Source: Pyrinomonadaceae bacterium (GTDB lineage: Bacteria; Acidobacteriota; Blastocatellia; Pyrinomonadales; Pyrinomonadaceae). Taken from it: a stretch of 64,000 nt of DNA. The position numbers and the translations under genes were made by a program. Under the pieces are notes generated by a model. That model was not told the DNA's origin. It ran no database searches and saw nothing but the letters and a program-made list of their open reading frames with translations. Location of the stretch: contig JBKBYA010000002.1 in the NCBI GenBank assembly GCA_046313635.1, forward strand, positions 320,001 through 384,000, in the 5' to 3' direction. Below are positions 9,847-20,476 of this stretch, piece by piece (within the stretch, counting starts at the first letter, position 1; the number at the start of each line of letters is the position of its first letter).

Positions 9847-10389
9847 TCAATCAAATGACCGTCCGATCCCGGGCAGCCCCATCGCTTGTCTCCAAACCGA
9901 GACCTGCCCGACGTGAAATGCCGTATGTCCGACGAGCACCTGCGTCAGCGAATGCCGCACCGTCGGGAAGACCGCGCGATACTCCGGAACAGGGAATTCG
10001 AGCTCGAGGTCGGCGTCGTCAACCCGCGCGAGCGCCGCGACAAATCGAGAACGCGCGTCGTCGAGCATCTCGAGGAGCTTCTGCTTTGATTCGTAACTGC
10101 CCGCGTCCGCGACCGGCTTGCTGCCGCTGCCGTATCGCGACTCCCAGTCGTCGGGCAGCCACGGCTCGAGACCGACAACGCCGCCCAGAAGCTGGCAGAC
10201 ATATATCGGATGTCCGACGGTCCATGCCGGGTGATTGGCGACCGCGGCGGGCACCGCCGTGATGTCGTCGACGTCCGACACCTGATCGCGAAGGTATTCG
10301 AGACAGTAGCCGAAACTGTGAATTACCGGATCGAGATGCCTTGAAGCGTGAGTCTGCGGCCCCGAACCGCTGTTTGAACTTCTTGTCAT
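9847..10389 (-). CDS. DinB/YfiT superfamily protein
   Basis: NHPAWTVGH and HTAFHVGQ His motifs. Confidence 0.8.
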   Translation of the reverse strand: MTRSSNSGSGPQTHASRHLDPVIHSFGYCLEYLRDQVSDVDDITAVPAAVANHPAWTVGHPIYVCQLLGGVVGLEPWLPDDWESRYGSGSKPVADAGSYESKQKLLEMLDDARSRFVAALARVDDADLELEFPVPEYRAVFPTVRHSLTQVLVGHTAFHVGQVSVWRQAMGLPGIGRSFD

Positions 10390-10440
10390 TCTGAACTCCT
10401 TTATCGTGAGCGCCGCGGCGGGCCGAGCGCGATCGCAGCG

Positions 10441-11034
10441 TTATTTCTTGAACGGGGCTTCGCTCCGCGCGTCGCCGTCCACGCTTATCTTGCGCCTGAT
10501 GATCTTGTTGTTGTCCTTTTGCACGTCGAGCAGGTCGAGGTAGAGCTTGTCGTCCTCGCCGAGCCGCAGAAGGCCCGCAACGCCCGTTTGCCGGTTGGTA
10601 AAGCGAAGGTACGCGCCGCCCTTCGGGTCGGCCACGATGTGAATGCGCTCGGTGCTCCGCTCGGGGTCGCCCGCGACCGGCGGAGCGTCAAACCCCATCC
10701 CCATCTGCCCGTTGTCCATAATGCCGACGCCGAATCGTTCATAGCCTTGCGGATCGAGAATGATCATTCCGGCCGCCGCGCTGACACGCTTGCCGCGATG
10801 CGGCGGGTCGGGCACCGGAGCTCCCATGATGACGCGCTCGCGGCCCTGCTCGTCGACGATGATCAGCCCGCGTGTGCGAATGACGGGCGAGACGGCCGCG
10901 GCTTTTTCGTCGATCGTTTTCGACTGCGCCTCGGCCGACGGAAAGATGCCGACGGCCGACTGCAGCAGCAGGCCCCAGACGCCGACCACCAAGAGGATGA
11001 GAAGTGTCTTTGTGATGCGATCGAACTTGTACAT
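10441..11034 (-). CDS. Hypothetical exported beta-rich protein
   Basis: N-terminal signal/TM; GGAG RBS upstream; no family recognised. Confidence 0.7.
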   Translation of the reverse strand: MYKFDRITKTLLILLVVGVWGLLLQSAVGIFPSAEAQSKTIDEKAAAVSPVIRTRGLIIVDEQGRERVIMGAPVPDPPHRGKRVSAAAGMIILDPQGYERFGVGIMDNGQMGMGFDAPPVAGDPERSTERIHIVADPKGGAYLRFTNRQTGVAGLLRLGEDDKLYLDLLDVQKDNNKIIRRKISVDGDARSEAPFKK

Positions 11035-11141
11035 ATGTCTCTCCGGCGGACCGAGCGTGCGGGCAGCGGGCCGGCCGCGATGTCGCGGTCTTGCGCGGCG
11101 TGCGGCGCGATCTCAACCCCTAACGCGTAATTTGCCGCGGA

Positions 11142-12074
11142 TCAGCGCCTGATGGCAGAGAGTTTTTGTTCGAAGTCGGCAGCTTCTTTTTTGAGGTTGT
11201 TTTGGCGAGCGTACCTGATCAGGCGTTGATATCGATCGGCCGGCGAGAGCCTGGAGAGCCAGGCGATCTTGGCGGTGCATTCGGGGCACGCGTCGACGGG
11301 GATGCTGTCGGTCTCGCCGAGGTGATTGGAGCCGTTCATCACGCATTCGTACCTTGTGCAGTGGCGGATCGTGAACATATGCCCGACCTCGTGCGCGGCG
11401 ATCTTGAGCGTGCGGCGGAGGAACGTGTCGTGATCCGCCTGATCGTCGAGACGCGCGAGCGACCAGACGCCGACTCGAGCTTGGAGACTCGCCTGACCGA
11501 AGACGTAATTCATCGACGGATCGGGAAAGAGGTCTTCGCTGGTCAGCGCGATCAACGCGGCGGCGTCTGCAAGAAGCTGCGGAGCGAGGATCTCGTCGAG
11601 GATGTAGCCGGTGCGGACCTGACGGTTTTGCTGGTAGGGAAGCTTGCGAAAGTCGATGAGTCGAAGGGGCTCCTTAAATTTTTGCGTCGCGAGCAGCTCC
11701 GTCGGCAGACCGTAAAACGCCTCGAGCCAGCCGGCGGTGATGCGAATGATCTTTGCCTGCTCGCTCGTGAATCGACCGAGCGGGAGGATGTAGATCTTTC
11801 GCCGTTCGGGGGTGGGGAGCGTCGGGTTCTCATTGATGTACTCCTCGAACGTCTGGCCCGGCTCGTTGTGCGACTCGAGCCAGTCGCCGGGCTGAATCTC
11901 GGTTTTCGGTTTGGCGAATGGCTGGAGAGATTCGATCGTGCGCTGAGATTCTTCGGAAACTTGGGTGCGTCGTGACTCGGGGGGCATCGCGTTCGATGCC
12001 GGCGGCTCCGTGTTTGCACAGGCGGTGAGCAACGCGGCAAGAAACGCAGCTGCAACTTTAGCTTTGTGGGTCAT
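11142..12074 (-). CDS. Archaemetzincin-family (M54) zinc metalloprotease, probable lipoprotein
   Basis: Lipobox LTAC; HEVGHMFTIRHC..CVMNGSN..CPEC; start set to MTHK. Confidence 0.85.
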   Translation of the reverse strand: MTHKAKVAAAFLAALLTACANTEPPASNAMPPESRRTQVSEESQRTIESLQPFAKPKTEIQPGDWLESHNEPGQTFEEYINENPTLPTPERRKIYILPLGRFTSEQAKIIRITAGWLEAFYGLPTELLATQKFKEPLRLIDFRKLPYQQNRQVRTGYILDEILAPQLLADAAALIALTSEDLFPDPSMNYVFGQASLQARVGVWSLARLDDQADHDTFLRRTLKIAAHEVGHMFTIRHCTRYECVMNGSNHLGETDSIPVDACPECTAKIAWLSRLSPADRYQRLIRYARQNNLKKEAADFEQKLSAIRR

Positions 12075-12169
12075 TGCTTCATTGACTTCGTCGATGACTT
12101 TCGACCGAAACGCACGGTCACGCCGGCGCGGCACCAATCCGTTAGAGAAGCTGGCGGAGCCGTAGATCT

Positions 12170-13417
<1,248 letters not shown>

Positions 13418-13425
13418 GGGTCTTC

Positions 13426-13571
13426 AGTGATTAGTGACAAGTGACAAGTGACAAGTGACAAGTGACAAGTGACAAATGCGGAGTGACGAGTAACAGATGT
13501 TCGAATTCGGAATCGGAAACGAGCAGATCCCACTTATCTCGTCACTCGTCACTTGCCACTCGTCACTTGCC
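13426..13571. repeat. Palindromic element of inverted heptamer arrays (AGTGACA)n...(CGTCACT)n
   Basis: Six perfect AGTGACA copies at 13433-13474 plus variants; inverted array at 13540-13567. Confidence 0.9.
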
Positions 13572-14444
13572 GGCCGTTACTCTCCTCCGAAAAACTATCA
13601 TTCCGATGCTCGCGATGATCAGCAGTCCGCCGGCGAGCGTTTGGGGCGGCATCGTTTCGCCTAATGCGGCCGCGCCGATGACGACGGCGAGCAGCGGCGT
13701 GACGAGCGAGATCATCATCGCCTTGGTCGACTCGATTCTACTTAACAGCCAGTAGTAAAGCCAAAATGCGGCGACGGTGCCGAGCACGGTCAGGTAGAGA
13801 ACGCAGCCGATGGCCGTCCACGTCCAATCATGTTTGAGCGGGCTGCCCTCGACCGCCAACGCGTACGCGACGATCACGGGCAGGCCGCACAGCATCTGCA
13901 TGCAGACGAGGCTCGCCGGGTGAATGCCGGCGCCTTTGGCCTTGACCAGTATCGAAGCCTGCGCCGCCGCGTACGAACCGGCGACGACCGCGACGCAGCC
14001 GAGAAACGCCATATAGCTCTCGACCCGGAGCTGATCGTAAAAAATGACGGCGACGCCGGCGATGCCCGTGACGACCGCGACGATCTTGAGCGGCGTGATC
14101 CTCTCGGCCGGCAAAAATATCCACGCCAGCACCAGACCAAAGACGGTTATCATCGCCTGCAGCACCGCCGCCAGTCCCGACGTGATGTGCTGCTCCGCCC
14201 AAAAGACCGCGCTGTAATTCAGCGAGAACTGCAAAAATCCCGTCAGGGCGATCAGCTTCCACTGCGACGCCGTGCGGGGAAGCGCAGATCCTTGGATCCT
14301 GATGATCGGTAAAAGTATCAGCACGCCGAGAATGAACCTCGCGGCCGCAAAGGTGATCGGCGGCAGATCGCGAAGCCCGATCTTGATAAAGATCCACGTC
14401 GTGCTCCAGATGATGCAGAGAATGATCCAGACGAGGACGTTCAT
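13563..14444 (-). CDS. EamA/DMT family transporter
   Basis: IWSTTWIFIKIGL..PPITFAAARF; ~10 TM. Confidence 0.9.
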   Translation of the reverse strand: MNVLVWIILCIIWSTTWIFIKIGLRDLPPITFAAARFILGVLILLPIIRIQGSALPRTASQWKLIALTGFLQFSLNYSAVFWAEQHITSGLAAVLQAMITVFGLVLAWIFLPAERITPLKIVAVVTGIAGVAVIFYDQLRVESYMAFLGCVAVVAGSYAAAQASILVKAKGAGIHPASLVCMQMLCGLPVIVAYALAVEGSPLKHDWTWTAIGCVLYLTVLGTVAAFWLYYWLLSRIESTKAMMISLVTPLLAVVIGAAALGETMPPQTLAGGLLIIASIGMIVFRRRVTAGK

Positions 14445-14995
14445 TTTGCCTCGTAAAAGCTCAGGATGGTATCGCCCTGCTTGAGTGTGCGCCAGCGGCG
14501 GAGATGGCCGACCGTTTCGGGCATCTGCTTTTTGGCGTGATGCTCGACGATCAGGACGCCATCCTCTGCGAGCAGATGATCGGCCCGAGAGCCGAAGTCA
14601 AATAGTACCGGCCCGTAATCGCTGTCGTACGGCGGATCGAAAAAGACAATGTCCCACGGTCTTTCATTGGGCCGGCCGGTAAAGTTCTCGGCCGGCAGAC
14701 AGACGACGTCGGTCTGCTCTTCGGGCACTGCAAGGGCGTCGAGATTTTCCTCGATAAGAGCGCAGACCCGGCGCGACCGATCGACAAAGGTCGCGTGCTC
14801 CGCTCCGCGCGACAACGCTTCGATCCCGATCGCTCCCGTGCCTGCGCAGAGATCGAGGAATCGCGTTTCGTCATTTATCGACGGGGCGAGAATGTTGAAA
14901 AGGGTTTCGCGGAGGCGGTCGGACGTAGGACGCGTTTTCAGCCCCGACGGGCTGCGCAGGATGCGGCCGCGATAAAGGCCGGCGATCACTCTCAT
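14441..14995 (-). CDS. rsmD: 16S rRNA (guanine966-N2)-methyltransferase
   Basis: MRVIAG..GR, RPTSDRLRETLFN, DLCAGTGAIGIEALSRGA, FFDPPY. Confidence 0.93.
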   Translation of the reverse strand: MRVIAGLYRGRILRSPSGLKTRPTSDRLRETLFNILAPSINDETRFLDLCAGTGAIGIEALSRGAEHATFVDRSRRVCALIEENLDALAVPEEQTDVVCLPAENFTGRPNERPWDIVFFDPPYDSDYGPVLFDFGSRADHLLAEDGVLIVEHHAKKQMPETVGHLRRWRTLKQGDTILSFYEAK

Positions 14996-15039
14996 TCGCC
15001 TAGTTTAAAAAAGCCGAACGAGTTTGGCCATTCGGCCGG

Positions 15040-15933
15040 TCACTTGCGTTCAAAGACGCTGATCGCCGCGTCGCCCTCGACGAGCACCTTCCTCTTTGTG
15101 AGCAGGCCGATACTGTCGGGAAGCTCGTTCCCAGAGCTGTGTTCGATGGCGAGGATGCCGCCGGGCCGGATCGAGACGCCGTTGCCGAAGTGCTTGAGGT
15201 ACTCGGTGTAGTCGGTCTCGTAAGGCGGCCCGAAGTAGACGACGTCCCAGAAGCGACGCTGACGCTTGACGCGAGCGAGAAAGGCGAGAGCCTCGAGCGG
15301 ACTGATCTCACATCGTCCGCTGCGGACCGAGCAGAGCTCGAGATTCTGTTTGATGATCGAGCACGCGCGCGTCGAGCGCTCGACAAAGGTAACGCTCATC
15401 GCGCCGCGTGACATCGCCTCGAAACCGATAATGCCGCTGCCCGTGCAGATGTCCAGAATACGGGCCGCGCGGACGCGGCGAGCGAGTAGCTTGAACAATG
15501 CGTCACGCAGGCGGCGGTCGGTCGTCCGCGCGTCGGCAAACGGCAGTGCGTTGATCATTCGCCCGAGAAATTTGCCGTCGGTGATCTGGAGATCGGAGGT
15601 GATCTTGACGAGATCGCCGGTCTGCCATGGCCGACGCGAGCGGCCCTTAGCCGCACCGTGCGATCTGTCAGGCCGTTCGCCCCGCCTTCGTGGACGGCCG
15701 TGACCGTCGGATGAGCGGTCTCTGTACCAGTCGCGACCGCCTGCGCCCTGAGGGCCATCGCCGGTCGGGCCTGTGCGCCGCCTGCGGCCGACCGCGGCGT
15801 CGCTGCCGCGCCGCGCTCCGCCGGCCGGCTCGCGCCGCGTAAAGACGCGATCCTGATCTGCTCCGCTGCCGAACGAAGCCGGGCGAGGTCGCCTGCCGAA
15901 ACTTCGGTGATTTGGGGGACGTCTGTTTTCCAT
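15040..15933 (-). CDS. RsmD-like methyltransferase paralog with Arg/Gly-rich N-terminal extension
   Basis: DICTGSGIIGFEAMSRGA, YFGPPY, IEH; start set to MENRR. Confidence 0.8.
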   Translation of the reverse strand: MENRRPPNHRSFGRRPRPASFGSGADQDRVFTRREPAGGARRGSDAAVGRRRRTGPTGDGPQGAGGRDWYRDRSSDGHGRPRRRGERPDRSHGAAKGRSRRPWQTGDLVKITSDLQITDGKFLGRMINALPFADARTTDRRLRDALFKLLARRVRAARILDICTGSGIIGFEAMSRGAMSVTFVERSTRACSIIKQNLELCSVRSGRCEISPLEALAFLARVKRQRRFWDVVYFGPPYETDYTEYLKHFGNGVSIRPGGILAIEHSSGNELPDSIGLLTKRKVLVEGDAAISVFERK

Positions 15934-16113
15934 GCAAGAGGAGCTGGTTTCGGATGCGACGAGCATCGCTATCCGAGAAAAATGCCGGCGAACTTTAGAC
16001 CGAACGCCGCAGACTGCTATTGGGCCGGAGGCTTGATATTCCAATAAATTGGGCGATTTTGTCCGCAACAAATATAAATAAAGCCCGTTCAAAAAGCCAG
16101 ACAATTTTTTGAT

Positions 16114-18414
16114 TCAACCGACGCGGGCCAAGCGAAATCGGGGACTTGCGAGTACGGTCTCGACCAGTCGCTTGGTCTCGGGCGAATCTCTTCGCTCGGT
16201 CAGGTATCTCTCGGCCTCTTGCCGCGCGTCGACGAGCAGCTCGTAGTCGCGAATGATGTTGCCGATCTTAAAGGTCGGCAGGCCCGACTGCTTGGTGCCG
16301 AGGATGTCGCCCTGGCCGCGGATCTCGAGGTCCTTTTCCGCGATGCGAAATCCGTCGTTAGTCTCCTCCATGATGCCGAGCCTCTCGCGTGCCGTCGCGG
16401 TGCGCTTGTCGCCGGTGAGGAGCACGCAAAAGCTCTGCTCCGATCCGCGTCCGACACGCCCGCGCAGCTGGTGAAGCTGCGAGAGTCCAAAGCGCTCGGC
16501 GTGCTCGATGACCATCAGCGAGGCATTCGGCACGTCGACGCCGACCTCGATGACCGTTGTCGAGACGAGTATCTGCAAACGCCCGGCGACAAAGTCCGAC
16601 ATCACCGCGTCCTTCTCGGCCGCTTTCATCCGGCCGTGCAGCAGGCCGACGCTGAACTCGGGAAAGACGCGGTCTCGCAGCTCCTCGTACATATCTTTCG
16701 CGGCCTTGAGATCCAGCTTTGCCGATTCTTCGATCAGCGGGTACACGACGTAGGCCTGGCGACCGAGCCTGATCTCGCGTTCGATGCCTTTATAGACGCC
16801 GTGCCGCTTGTCTTCGCCGACGACGACCGTCTTGACCGGCGTGCGGCCGGGCGGAAGTTCGTCGATCACCGAAACGTCGAGCTCGCCATAGACCGTCATC
16901 GCAAGCGAGCGCGGGATCGGCGTCGCGGTCATTACGAGTATGTCGGGGTTATAGCCGCGGCTCTGCAGTTCGGCACGCTGCATCACGCCGAAGCGGTGCT
17001 GCTCGTCGATCACCGCAAGCCCGAGACGGTCAAACTCGACGCCTTCCTGAATGAGGGCGTGCGTTCCGATCACGGCGTGGACCTCGCCGGCCGCCAGAGC
17101 TCTCACGATCTCGCGCTTGTCGGCGGCCCGCGTGCTGCCGGTCAGCACCTCGACCCGGTAGCCGCTGCCGTCAAAGAAACGCTTGGCGTTTCGGCCGTGC
17201 TGTTCAGCGAGGATCTCGGTCGGGGCCATCAACGCGGTCTGATATCCATTCTCCATCGCGGCAAACATCGCCGACAGCGCGACGATGGTCTTGCCGCTGC
17301 CGACGTCTCCCTGCACGAGCCTGTGCATCGGCGCGTCTGACCGCATATCTTCAAAGATCGTCTTGAGCACGCGGGCCTGAGCGGCGGTCAAGGTAAAAGG
17401 CACGAGCTCGAGCAGCCGCCGCTTGGTCGCGAGGCTGATCTCGATAACGGTACCTTTCGGCTCCTTTTTGCGTTCGCCGCGCTGGACGGCAAGTGCAAAG
17501 GACAGCCAAAAGAATTCTTCGAATATCAAACGCCTCTGCGCCGGGCTGCGAAACGCCTCGTACTCGAAAAGCGATTCGCCCTCGAGCGGGAAGTGAATGC
17601 GTTTGAGCGCGTCTGCGCGCGGTATGAGGTCATGCTTTTGGAGCATCTCGGCCGGGAGGTTGTCGGGCACCGTCGACTCGTCGAGCGATCCGGTGACGCT
17701 GTGCATGATCTCGCGGAGTCGTTTGGTTTGGAACGGGCCGAGCTTACGGTAAACGGGAACGCGCCGGCCGGTGTGTACGGTCGCAAATTCCGGGTCGCCA
17801 ACATCTTCGCTGAGCGCCTGGTCCTCCTTGCCGTCGTTTTCGCCGGAGAGATCGCCGTCCGCGGCGAAAAGATCTTTTACTTCCAGCGGCGGCAGTATCT
17901 CGAGCTCCTCGGGCTTTTGCGGCTTGAGCTGAAAGGTCTCTCGCCGCTCGTCAAATTCCCACTTGCCGTAGGCGACGAAGCGCGTGCCCCGTTTAAAGCG
18001 CTCTTCGTAATATCGGACGACGTGCGGCGCCTGACGGCCGGAGACAAACCACTTTACGAGAACCGGCTTGCTCAGCCGGCCGGCGTCGCCGCCCGTGATC
18101 TCAAAGATGTAAAGCGGAGGCTGGCGGGGATGACGATTCTTGCCGACCTGGTAGCCGACGGCGTTGCGGACGTTGATCTCGACCGAGGCCTCGATGCCGT
18201 CGTAGAGCCGGTCGACGGTGATGAGATTGGAGCGGTCCTCGTACCGCATCGGAAAATAGTTGAGCAGGTCCTCGACCGTGACGGCCGCCGCGTCGCGCGC
18301 GCCGGGCGTGACCTCGGCCACGGCGACGGCAAGCTTGCGCGACGTCGCCGCGGTGAGTTTGGCGATGCCGTGCCGGTAAAGCTCTGCGACCGGTGTCTGG
18401 AGACCGAGGCTCAT
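16114..18414 (-). CDS. recG: ATP-dependent DNA helicase RecG
   Basis: QGDVGSGKT, DEQHRFG, MTATPIPRSL, QLHQLRGRVGRG. Confidence 0.97.
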   Translation of the reverse strand: MSLGLQTPVAELYRHGIAKLTAATSRKLAVAVAEVTPGARDAAAVTVEDLLNYFPMRYEDRSNLITVDRLYDGIEASVEINVRNAVGYQVGKNRHPRQPPLYIFEITGGDAGRLSKPVLVKWFVSGRQAPHVVRYYEERFKRGTRFVAYGKWEFDERRETFQLKPQKPEELEILPPLEVKDLFAADGDLSGENDGKEDQALSEDVGDPEFATVHTGRRVPVYRKLGPFQTKRLREIMHSVTGSLDESTVPDNLPAEMLQKHDLIPRADALKRIHFPLEGESLFEYEAFRSPAQRRLIFEEFFWLSFALAVQRGERKKEPKGTVIEISLATKRRLLELVPFTLTAAQARVLKTIFEDMRSDAPMHRLVQGDVGSGKTIVALSAMFAAMENGYQTALMAPTEILAEQHGRNAKRFFDGSGYRVEVLTGSTRAADKREIVRALAAGEVHAVIGTHALIQEGVEFDRLGLAVIDEQHRFGVMQRAELQSRGYNPDILVMTATPIPRSLAMTVYGELDVSVIDELPPGRTPVKTVVVGEDKRHGVYKGIEREIRLGRQAYVVYPLIEESAKLDLKAAKDMYEELRDRVFPEFSVGLLHGRMKAAEKDAVMSDFVAGRLQILVSTTVIEVGVDVPNASLMVIEHAERFGLSQLHQLRGRVGRGSEQSFCVLLTGDKRTATARERLGIMEETNDGFRIAEKDLEIRGQGDILGTKQSGLPTFKIGNIIRDYELLVDARQEAERYLTERRDSPETKRLVETVLASPRFRLARVG

Positions 18415-18434
18415 CGCCCCGAGTGTAGCACAAC

Positions 18435-18460
18435 AAAAAGAGCAGGCCGGACGCCTGCTC
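18435..18460 (-). terminator. Intrinsic terminator after clpX
   Basis: GAGCAGGC/GCCTGCTC stem with T-run on the minus strand. Confidence 0.7.
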
Positions 18461-18489
18461 TCGGTACTTCTATGTTGTGTGATCGGTCG

Positions 18490-19734
18490 CTAGGCCGCCT
18501 CTTCCGAACGGCCGATGATCTCAAATACCGGGACCTTGCGTTCGACCATTTCCTTGGTGATGACGAGCTCCTTGACCTTTTTCTCGGTCGGCAGCACGTA
18601 CATCGAGTCGAGCAGGATCTCTTCCATTATCATCATCAGGCCGCGGGCGCCGACCTTGCGTTTGAAGGCCTCGGCGGCGATCGCACGCAGAGCTCCGTCG
18701 GTGAATTTGAGGCTGATGTTGTCAAACTCGAATTTGCGCTGGTACTGCTTGACGAGCGCGTTCTTGGGTTCGGTCAAGATCTTGATAAGCGCGTCCTCGT
18801 CGAGCGGCTCGAGCACGCCGAGGACCGGCAGGCGGCCGACGAATTCAGGGATCAGGCCGTAGTGGATGAGGTCCTCGGGCTGCAGGTTCTTGATCGATTC
18901 GCCGTGACGCTGCGCGCTCGATTTGACGTCGGCGCGGAAGCCGAGCGACTTATTGCGCAACCGACGCTCGACGACCTTTTCGAGCCCGATGAAGGCGCCG
19001 CCGCAGATAAAGAGAATGTTCGTCGTGTCGATCTGCTGAAAGTCCTGCTGCGGGTGCTTGCGGCCGCCGCCCGAAGGAATGTTTGCGACCGTGCCCTCGA
19101 GTATCTTGAGCAGCGCCTGCTGCACGCCCTCGCCCGAGACGTCGCGAGTGATCGACGGGTTGTCGTCCTTGCGGCAGATCTTGTCGATCTCGTCGATGTA
19201 GATGATGCCGTGCTGGGCCTTTTCGATATCGCCGCCGGCAGACTGCACGAGACGCAGCAGAATGTTTTCGACGTCCTCGCCGACATATCCGGCCTCGGTC
19301 AGGCTCGTCGCGTCGACGATGCAGAAGGGAACGCTCAGGATGCGCGCGAGCGTCTGGGCGAGCAGCGTCTTGCCCGTGCCGGTCGGACCGATCAAAAGGA
19401 TGTTCGACTTTTGCAGCTCGATGTCGCCCCGGCGTTTTGCGAGTTCGAGGCGCTTGTAATGCTGGTAGACCGCGACGGAGAGCCGCTTTTTGGATTCGTC
19501 CTGGCCGATAACGTACTCGTCGAGAAACGTCTTGATGTCTTGCGGCTTCGGCAGATTGGCCCGAGTGGTCGACGTTTCTGTACGCTCGTCATCGTTGATG
19601 ATCTCGTTGCAGATGTCGATGCACTCGTTGCAAACATAAACGCCCGGCCCGGCGATGAGTTTCTTCACGTCATTCTGCGACTTGCCGCAGAATGAGCAGC
19701 AGAGAAGTTCTTCGGGGCGTCTAAAATTTGCCAT
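18490..19734 (-). CDS. clpX: Clp protease ATP-binding subunit ClpX
   Basis: CSFCGK zinc finger, [30 protein letters not shown]. Confidence 0.98.
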   Translation of the reverse strand: MANFRRPEELLCCSFCGKSQNDVKKLIAGPGVYVCNECIDICNEIINDDERTETSTTRANLPKPQDIKTFLDEYVIGQDESKKRLSVAVYQHYKRLELAKRRGDIELQKSNILLIGPTGTGKTLLAQTLARILSVPFCIVDATSLTEAGYVGEDVENILLRLVQSAGGDIEKAQHGIIYIDEIDKICRKDDNPSITRDVSGEGVQQALLKILEGTVANIPSGGGRKHPQQDFQQIDTTNILFICGGAFIGLEKVVERRLRNKSLGFRADVKSSAQRHGESIKNLQPEDLIHYGLIPEFVGRLPVLGVLEPLDEDALIKILTEPKNALVKQYQRKFEFDNISLKFTDGALRAIAAEAFKRKVGARGLMMIMEEILLDSMYVLPTEKKVKELVITKEMVERKVPVFEIIGRSEEAA

Positions 19735-19852
19735 ATCTGGGTAGTGCGAATTATGGAGAGTCTGACCTTACAACCGAGCAAATGAGAAAGGGTCCGCTCG
19801 AACTCAGATAAAGTTACTTCACGAGAGCGGACCCGGTCAAATTTTGCGCGAG

Positions 19853-20440
19853 CTACTTCTCGCGGTGTTCGATGACCTCGTCGATGAGGCCGTATTCTTT
19901 TGCCTGCTGCGGGTTGAGGATGCGGTCGCGCTCGACGTCCTTTTCGACCTGGTCAAACGACTGTCCGGTGTGATGCGCGATGATGCGCGACGTCATCTCG
20001 CGCATACGGAGGATCTCTTCTGCCATGATCCGCACGTCGGTCGCCTGCCCCTGAGCACCGCCCGACGGCTGGTGGATCAGGATGCGCGAATGCGGCAGCG
20101 CGAACCGCTTGCCCTTGGCACCGGCGGTCAGCAGCAGGGCGCCCATCGACGCGCACTGCCCGACACAGATCGTCGTCACATCGTTCTTGATGAACTGCAT
20201 CGTGTCATAGATCGCCATGCCCGCGGTGATCGATCCGCCCGGGCTGTTGATATAGAGATTGATGTCGCGCTCGGGGTCTTCGGCCTCAAGAAAGAGAAGC
20301 TGCGCGACGATAAGGTTAGCGATCGTGTCGTCGATCGGCGTGCCGATAAAGATGATGCTGTCCTTGAGCAGACGCGAATAGATGTCAAAGGCCCTCTCGC
20401 CTCGCGACGTCTGCTCTACAACCATTGGAACTAATGCCAT
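19853..20440 (-). CDS. clpP: Clp protease proteolytic subunit
   Basis: [27 protein letters not shown]. Confidence 0.98.
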   Translation of the reverse strand: MALVPMVVEQTSRGERAFDIYSRLLKDSIIFIGTPIDDTIANLIVAQLLFLEAEDPERDINLYINSPGGSITAGMAIYDTMQFIKNDVTTICVGQCASMGALLLTAGAKGKRFALPHSRILIHQPSGGAQGQATDVRIMAEEILRMREMTSRIIAHHTGQSFDQVEKDVERDRILNPQQAKEYGLIDEVIEHREK

Positions 20441-20476
20441 AGTTTTGTTTCTATCCTCTTAGCTAGCTCTGTAGTA

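Noticed and set aside
13426..13571. CRISPR array
   Set aside because: Contiguous 7-mers without unique spacers; no cas genes in the window
17593..19695. 700-aa plus-strand ORF (and similar long ORFs at 44634-46403, 40565-42112, 35663-37000 and 54468-55853)
   Set aside because: Antisense shadows of well-supported genes, expected at high GC; no recognisable motifs
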